From the NCBI GenBank assembly GCA_013151015.1, contig JAADJA010000056.1, forward strand, positions 1,524-65,523: a stretch of 64,000 nucleotides of DNA, written 5' to 3'. The notes beneath the pieces are model-generated. The model was not told the DNA's origin. It worked only from the letters and a program-made list of their open reading frames with translations, and ran no database searches. The translations under genes were made by a program, and so were the position numbers. Of this stretch, positions 59,506 through 64,000 are shown in pieces. How positions within the stretch are numbered: position 1 is the first letter of the stretch; every line of letters starts with the position of its first letter. The DNA is from Chlorobiota bacterium. Its GTDB lineage: Bacteria > Bacteroidota > Bacteroidia > Bacteroidales > JAADJA01.

Positions 59506-62500
59506 ATGAAAGAAAAAGAAGTCAACCAGCCCGGTTTTGAAGAGTTGCGATCACAAACCCTTGAAAGGTTAAAAGAGCTTGCAACGATAAACCGGACCAC
59601 TGCGATTATAAGAGAGGGGAAATCGAAATTAGAGACCTTGCAGCAGATTGCCCACATCCTTCCCGCCGGATGGCAGTACCCTGAATTTACCTCTGCAAGG
59701 ATTATATTTGATGATGAAGAATACAGGTCGAATAATTTCCTGAAAACCGAAAAAGCACTAATTCAGGAGTTTGAAACTATTGGCAATAAAATTGGCCGAA
59801 TTGAGATTTATTATTCCAAAAGCTTTCCACAAGCCGACGAAGGCCCTTTCCTGAAAGAAGAAAGGGACTTGATAATCAACCTTGCCAATATCGTTTCCGG
59901 CTATTTGAACAGTATTAAAGGCGAGGCGGTACTGAAAAGGCATGGTTATAACAGAAAAACAATAAAGCCTGATAAGCAGAAGGATGTTTGTAGCATTACA
60001 AGCAAGCAATTATTGCAACGTTTCCTCAATAAAAATAATTATGACAGGGATATTTTCCATGACCTGATGCCGTTTAAAGTTAAGGAGATATTGCTTGTCG
60101 CCAATCTTTACGATGCTTACATTATTGAAAAGGAAGGCCATTTTTCGGAGCAGATAATGGGTGAATATGCCCAATTGAACCTTACCTCCCTGCCACGGAT
60201 CACAGGGGTTTCAACTGTTGAAGAAGCAGAAGAACAATTGAATTCAAAACATTTCGACCTTGTAATTATCATGGTTGGTGTGGACAAAAAGACACCGGTT
60301 GTTTTAAGCAAAAAAATAAAAAACGCATTTCCATATATCCCTGTCTTTCTCCTATTGAACAACAACAGTGATATTGATTTTTTTGAAAAGAAAAGGAAAC
60401 CGTTTTCCTTCGATAGCATATTTGTCTGGAATGGCGAATCACGGATATTTTTTGCCATGATCAAGCAGGTTGAAGACCGGATTAATGCCGATAATGACAC
60501 GCACAAAGGATTGGTCAGGGTGATATTGCTTGTTGAAGATTCCCCCTTGTATTATTCGAGGTACCTGCCCTTGTTGTATCAAACCGTATTGGCTCAAACA
60601 AGAAGGATAATTGACGATGTGAGTACGGATGATTTGTATAAACTGTTGAAACTTAGGGCAAGGCCAAAAATATTATTGGCAACCACGTATGAAGAGGCCA
60701 TTGAGATCTTCAATAAATACAAAGACAATATATTTTGCCTCATCACGGATGTGAAATACAAAAAAAACGGCAAGATGAACAAGAGGGCCGGTTTTGAGCT
60801 TGTAAAGCACATTCGAGGCGAAAAGAAAGATATGCCGGTCATTATCCAATCCTCCAATCCCGATTCGGCAGAAGAGGCCCATCGGTTAAAATCTACCTTT
60901 ATTGATAAAAACTCTGAAAACCTCGTCCAGGAATTCAAAAGTTTTATCATGCACTATCTCGGTTTTGGGAATTTTGTTTACCGGGATGGAAAAGGTAAAA
61001 AACTGGTTGAGGTTAAATCGTTAAAGGATTTCGAAAAACATTTACGGACAATCCCCAGCGAATCAATTTTATATCATGCCCGAAAAGACCATTTTTCATT
61101 GTGGTTGATGGCAAGGGGCGAAATCCAGGCCGCAAAAATCCTCCATCCCAAAAAGACGACCGATTTCAAGGAGCCTGAGTCCCTTCGGAAATACCTGATC
61201 AACGTAATCGAGAAATTCAGGGGCGAACAGAACCAGGGAAAAGTAGTGCCTTTTGAAGAAACCGCCATCCTGGACGAAACCAATATCGTTACCTTGTCAG
61301 AAGGGGCAATGGGTGGAAAAGGCCGGGGGCTGGCGTTTATCAATTCCCTTATTTATAATTTCGATTTTTCCAATTATGTGCAAGGGATCAATATCCGGGC
61401 ACCGAAAACCTCTTTTATCGGAACGGACGAATTTGAATATTTCTTCGATCGGAATGATCTCCATTATGTTAAGACCGAATACATTTGTTACGGGAAGATC
61501 AAGGAACTCTTTCTGAAAGCCAGTCTTACGCCAACCTTGACAGGCAAGTTGAAGTCACTCTTAAAGTTGATAAAAACACCGATAGCGATTCGTTCTTCGG
61601 GCTTGTTCGAAGATAGTTTGATGCAGCCCTTTGCCGGGATTTTCGAGACCTACCTTTTGCCCAATAACCATCCGGATCTGAGTGTCCGTTTGAAACAGGT
61701 CACGGATGCGATTAAATTGGTTTATGCTTCCGTTTATTCCGATGTGGCCCGAGGGTATATCAAGGCCGTGAACTATAAAATCGAGGAGGAAAAAATGGCC
61801 ATCATAATCCAGGAGGTCGTGGGCAATGAATACGGGACGGTTTTTTATCCACATATAAGTGGAGTGGCGCAATCCTATAATTATTATCCTTTTGCCCACA
61901 TGAAACCCGAAGAAGGTTTTGCTGTAGCAGCCCTCGGTTTGGGGAAATACGTTGTTGAGGGGGAAAAGGCGTATCGGTTTTCCCCAAAATACCCCACAAC
62001 TTCCATCACCAGCACGAAAGACCAGATCCGGGATTCCCAGGTCCAGTTTTTTGCTGTCAACCTGAAAAATCAAAATCCCGACCTTTTGGAAGGTGACATG
62101 GCAGGTCTTTGTAAACTTGATATTTATGATGCCGAAAGGCATGGAACACTAAAGCATTGTGCTTCTGTTTATGATGCCAACAACAATGTAATCACGCCGG
62201 GGATAGATAAGCCCGGGCCCCGGGTGATTGATTTTGCTGATGTCCTGAAATATAAATATGCACCTATGGCCGAAACAATTGAAGTCGTGCTTGATATTGT
62301 GAAAGAAGCAATGGGTAGCCCGGTTGAAATAGAATTTGCCATTGACCTGAACAGGGACGAGGATTACAAAACCTCGTTTTATCTTTTGCAAATAAAACCT
62401 ATGATCGGGGGAGCTCAGGATTATGAAGTGGACATGAAAAAGATAAAACAGGAAGATATTGTGCTGTATGCCGAGAAAGGGATGGGAAGCGGATTGATCA

Positions 62501-62961
62501 AGGATATTAAGGATGTTGTTTATGTTGACAATTCTTTGTTCGATAAATCGAAAACCGAAGAAATGGTGGAAGAGATTGCCCAAATAAACGCAAAGATGAT
62601 AAAGTCCGGCAAACAATATGTCCTGATTGGGCCGGGCCGTTGGGGAACGCGCGACAAATGGATCGGTATCCCGGTTGATTGGCCTCAGATTTCAAATGCA
62701 AAAGTAATCGTCGAGACCAGCCTGAAGGGATATCCTTTGGATGCATCCTCGGGTTCCCATTTTTTTCACAACCTCACTTCGGCCAATGTGGGCTATTTTT
62801 CGGTTCAACCTGAAAAATCGGGAAGCTTTATTACTTATGAAAAGCTGGACGGGCAGGAGCTGGTGGAAAAAACAAATTTCTTCCGCCATGTCCGTTTCAA
62901 AAAACCAATAAAAATAAGGATGGATGGCAAAAAGAGGATTTCGGTTATCACAGTGAAGTAA
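59506..62961 (+). CDS. Multidomain signalling protein: sensor-like N-domain, degenerate receiver, receiver, PEP-synthase/PPDK N-terminal ATP-grasp domain, and an uncharacterised C-domain
   Basis: The N-domain motifs are GWQYPEFTSARIIF and DEGPFLKEERDLIINLANIV. The receiver is RVILLVEDSP...FCLITDVKY. The ATP-grasp blocks are GGKGRGLAFIN, IAIRSSGLFEDS and MAIIIQEVVG. I saw no GGxTSHAA phosphohistidine motif. Confidence 0.7.
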   Translation: MKEKEVNQPGFEELRSQTLERLKELATINRTTAIIREGKSKLETLQQIAHILPAGWQYPEFTSARIIFDDEEYRSNNFLKTEKALIQEFETIGNKIGRIEIYYSKSFPQADEGPFLKEERDLIINLANIVSGYLNSIKGEAVLKRHGYNRKTIKPDKQKDVCSITSKQLLQRFLNKNNYDRDIFHDLMPFKVKEILLVANLYDAYIIEKEGHFSEQIMGEYAQLNLTSLPRITGVSTVEEAEEQLNSKHFDLVIIMVGVDKKTPVVLSKKIKNAFPYIPVFLLLNNNSDIDFFEKKRKPFSFDSIFVWNGESRIFFAMIKQVEDRINADNDTHKGLVRVILLVEDSPLYYSRYLPLLYQTVLAQTRRIIDDVSTDDLYKLLKLRARPKILLATTYEEAIEIFNKYKDNIFCLITDVKYKKNGKMNKRAGFELVKHIRGEKKDMPVIIQSSNPDSAEEAHRLKSTFIDKNSENLVQEFKSFIMHYLGFGNFVYRDGKGKKLVEVKSLKDFEKHLRTIPSESILYHARKDHFSLWLMARGEIQAAKILHPKKTTDFKEPESLRKYLINVIEKFRGEQNQGKVVPFEETAILDETNIVTLSEGAMGGKGRGLAFINSLIYNFDFSNYVQGINIRAPKTSFIGTDEFEYFFDRNDLHYVKTEYICYGKIKELFLKASLTPTLTGKLKSLLKLIKTPIAIRSSGLFEDSLMQPFAGIFETYLLPNNHPDLSVRLKQVTDAIKLVYASVYSDVARGYIKAVNYKIEEEKMAIIIQEVVGNEYGTVFYPHISGVAQSYNYYPFAHMKPEEGFAVAALGLGKYVVEGEKAYRFSPKYPTTSITSTKDQIRDSQVQFFAVNLKNQNPDLLEGDMAGLCKLDIYDAERHGTLKHCASVYDANNNVITPGIDKPGPRVIDFADVLKYKYAPMAETIEVVLDIVKEAMGSPVEIEFAIDLNRDEDYKTSFYLLQIKPMIGGAQDYEVDMKKIKQEDIVLYAEKGMGSGLIKDIKDVVYVDNSLFDKSKTEEMVEEIAQINAKMIKSGKQYVLIGPGRWGTRDKWIGIPVDWPQISNAKVIVETSLKGYPLDASSGSHFFHNLTSANVGYFSVQPEKSGSFITYEKLDGQELVEKTNFFRHVRFKKPIKIRMDGKKRISVITVK

Positions 62962-62997
62962 TCCAACAACGTCTTGCGAACTGAAGGACCGAAATGG

Positions 62998-63250
62998 GTG
63001 GTGGCGTGAAGCAACCTGTTTGATGTTCCGACTGCCTTTCATTGCCGTTTATCGTTTCATAGTGGGCGGATTCCCCTTTACTACTATACTGCCATTCCGA
63101 ACCAATGCGCCGGCCACCCGTGGTAGCGTGAGGAATCCCCTTGTTACTACGGCTGCCGCACTTGCTGTTCACTGCTTTGTAGCCTTTCATAGTAGGAAGA
63201 TTGCTTCGCTGTACTTGATATGACGAAATAATGAACGATGGGAAGATGAG
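62998..63250. repeat. GC-rich region of about four degenerate ~65-bp tandem units (nature unknown)
   Basis: Three unit heads resemble each other: gtggtggcgtgaagcaacc (about 62998), tttcatagtgggcggattcccctttactac (63054) and gtggtagcgtgaggaatccccttgttactac (about 63120). A fourth, tttcatagtaggaagattgc, starts at 63185. My hand count gives about 47-58 percent G+C over 63001-63180, against AT-rich flanks. Confidence 0.5.
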
Positions 63251-63430
63251 GGATTGAACCTGAACCTCAAAATTCCTGCAGACCCTTATTTGTAAATTAG
63301 ACCAGATATAAATTATTTCTATATCATATTGATTTATAAGAATTTTTATCCCTTAATTTGATTCCTTCTTTTATATCTAATAAAATTACATACATTTGTC
63401 GTTTTTCAAAATTAAAAGGTAAAATACAGG

Positions 63431-64000
63431 ATGAATAAAATTGTAGAAAAGGAGTTTTTCTCAGAGAATGTAGCAAAGCTTGTCATTGAGGCTCCCGAGA
63501 TTGCAAAATCAAGGAAACCAGGGCATTTCGTTATAATACGAATTGATGAAAGAGGTGAGCGTATCCCGCTGACAATAGCTGGTTCCGATATCGAAAAGGG
63601 GACAATTACCCTTGTTATCCAGAAAGTAGGTGTCACATCTGCCAAATTACTGGCATTGAACGAAGGTGATGCGATCAGGGATGTGGTTGGCCCACTGGGC
63701 AAAGCAACCCATATCGAAAATATCGGGACTGTCCTTTGTGCCGGTGGTGGTGTAGGTGTTGCCCCTTTGCTCCCGATTGTTGAAGGTTTTAAAAAAGCTG
63801 GCAACAGGGTTATTACAGTTTTGGCTGCCCGGACAAAAGACCTGATTATCCTTGAAGATCAAATGCGTGAGTTTTCAGATGAAGTGATTTTAATGACCGA
63901 TGACGGGTCGTCCGGGAGGAAAGGTTTGGTAACCGCCGGAATGGAAGAAGTAATCAAACGTGAGAAGGTAGATATGTGTATGACAATCGGGCCTGCGATC
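63431..64000 (+). CDS. Partial CDS: sulfide/dihydroorotate dehydrogenase-like FAD/NAD-binding subunit (NfnA/SudB/GltD-partner type)
   Basis: My own translation is MNKIVEKEFFSENVAKLVIEAPEIAKSRKPGHFVIIRIDERGERIPLTIAG...VLCAGGGVGVAPLLPI. It runs off the window end and so is absent from the ORF track. Confidence 0.7.
   Translation, partial: MNKIVEKEFFSENVAKLVIEAPEIAKSRKPGHFVIIRIDERGERIPLTIAGSDIEKGTITLVIQKVGVTSAKLLALNEGDAIRDVVGPLGKATHIENIGTVLCAGGGVGVAPLLPIVEGFKKAGNRVITVLAARTKDLIILEDQMREFSDEVILMTDDGSSGRKGLVTAGMEEVIKREKVDMCMTIGPAI

Noticed and set aside
62998-63250. A degenerate CRISPR array, since the ~65-bp period would fit a 36-bp repeat plus a 30-bp spacer.
   Set aside because: The units are only roughly 60-70 percent similar, with no sharp partition into conserved repeats and unique spacers. 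There are no cas genes in the window and no leader-like structure.

Overview
The window looks like chromosomal DNA from a member of the Bacteroidota. Evidence: three proteins with T9SS C-terminal sorting domains, gldF/gldG, a 288-aa RpoD, and a TTTG-N19-TAnnTTTG promoter. Most of it is densely packed housekeeping: dapF, PMM/PGM, mltG, htrA-like protease, rpoD, gap, pyrG, priA, pfkA, pruA, rpmB, dnaG and two gdh paralogues. I found no rRNA, tRNA or CRISPR array. Accessory or unusual content: (1) At 1-4852, a secreted fibre locus resembling a chaperone/usher system, with two paralogous pilin-like subunits, an IS5-family insertion and a possible frameshift. (2) At 25.8-32.6 kb, three solitary defence-flavoured genes sit between priA, pfkA and an RNA methyltransferase gene: a short RhuM, an AlbA_2/Schlafen-like ATPase-HTH protein, and a DUF1016/YhcG PDDEXK nuclease. 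The nuclease gene is bracketed by about 50-bp direct repeats that duplicate the pfkA leader and start-codon context. (3) At 44-52 kb, an extracytoplasmic cluster holds tandem GH paralogues, DUF547, LTD-CotH-T9SS and BNR-T9SS proteins. (4) At 55.5-58.6 kb, NADP-type and NAD-type glutamate dehydrogenases are divergently arranged. (5) A decayed VapBC-like toxin-antitoxin pair carries two in-frame TAA codons. (6) A 1151-aa orphan signalling protein fuses a sensor-like N-domain, two receiver-like domains and a PEP-synthase-type ATP-grasp domain with no recognisable phosphohistidine or PEP-binding modules. (7) Next to it, a GC-rich region of degenerate ~65-bp tandem repeats is not explained by any convincing gene. 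Several short tandem or palindromic intergenic repeat families recur. All calls rest on reading the sequence and the ORF translations and on remembered family motifs. No database search was run.
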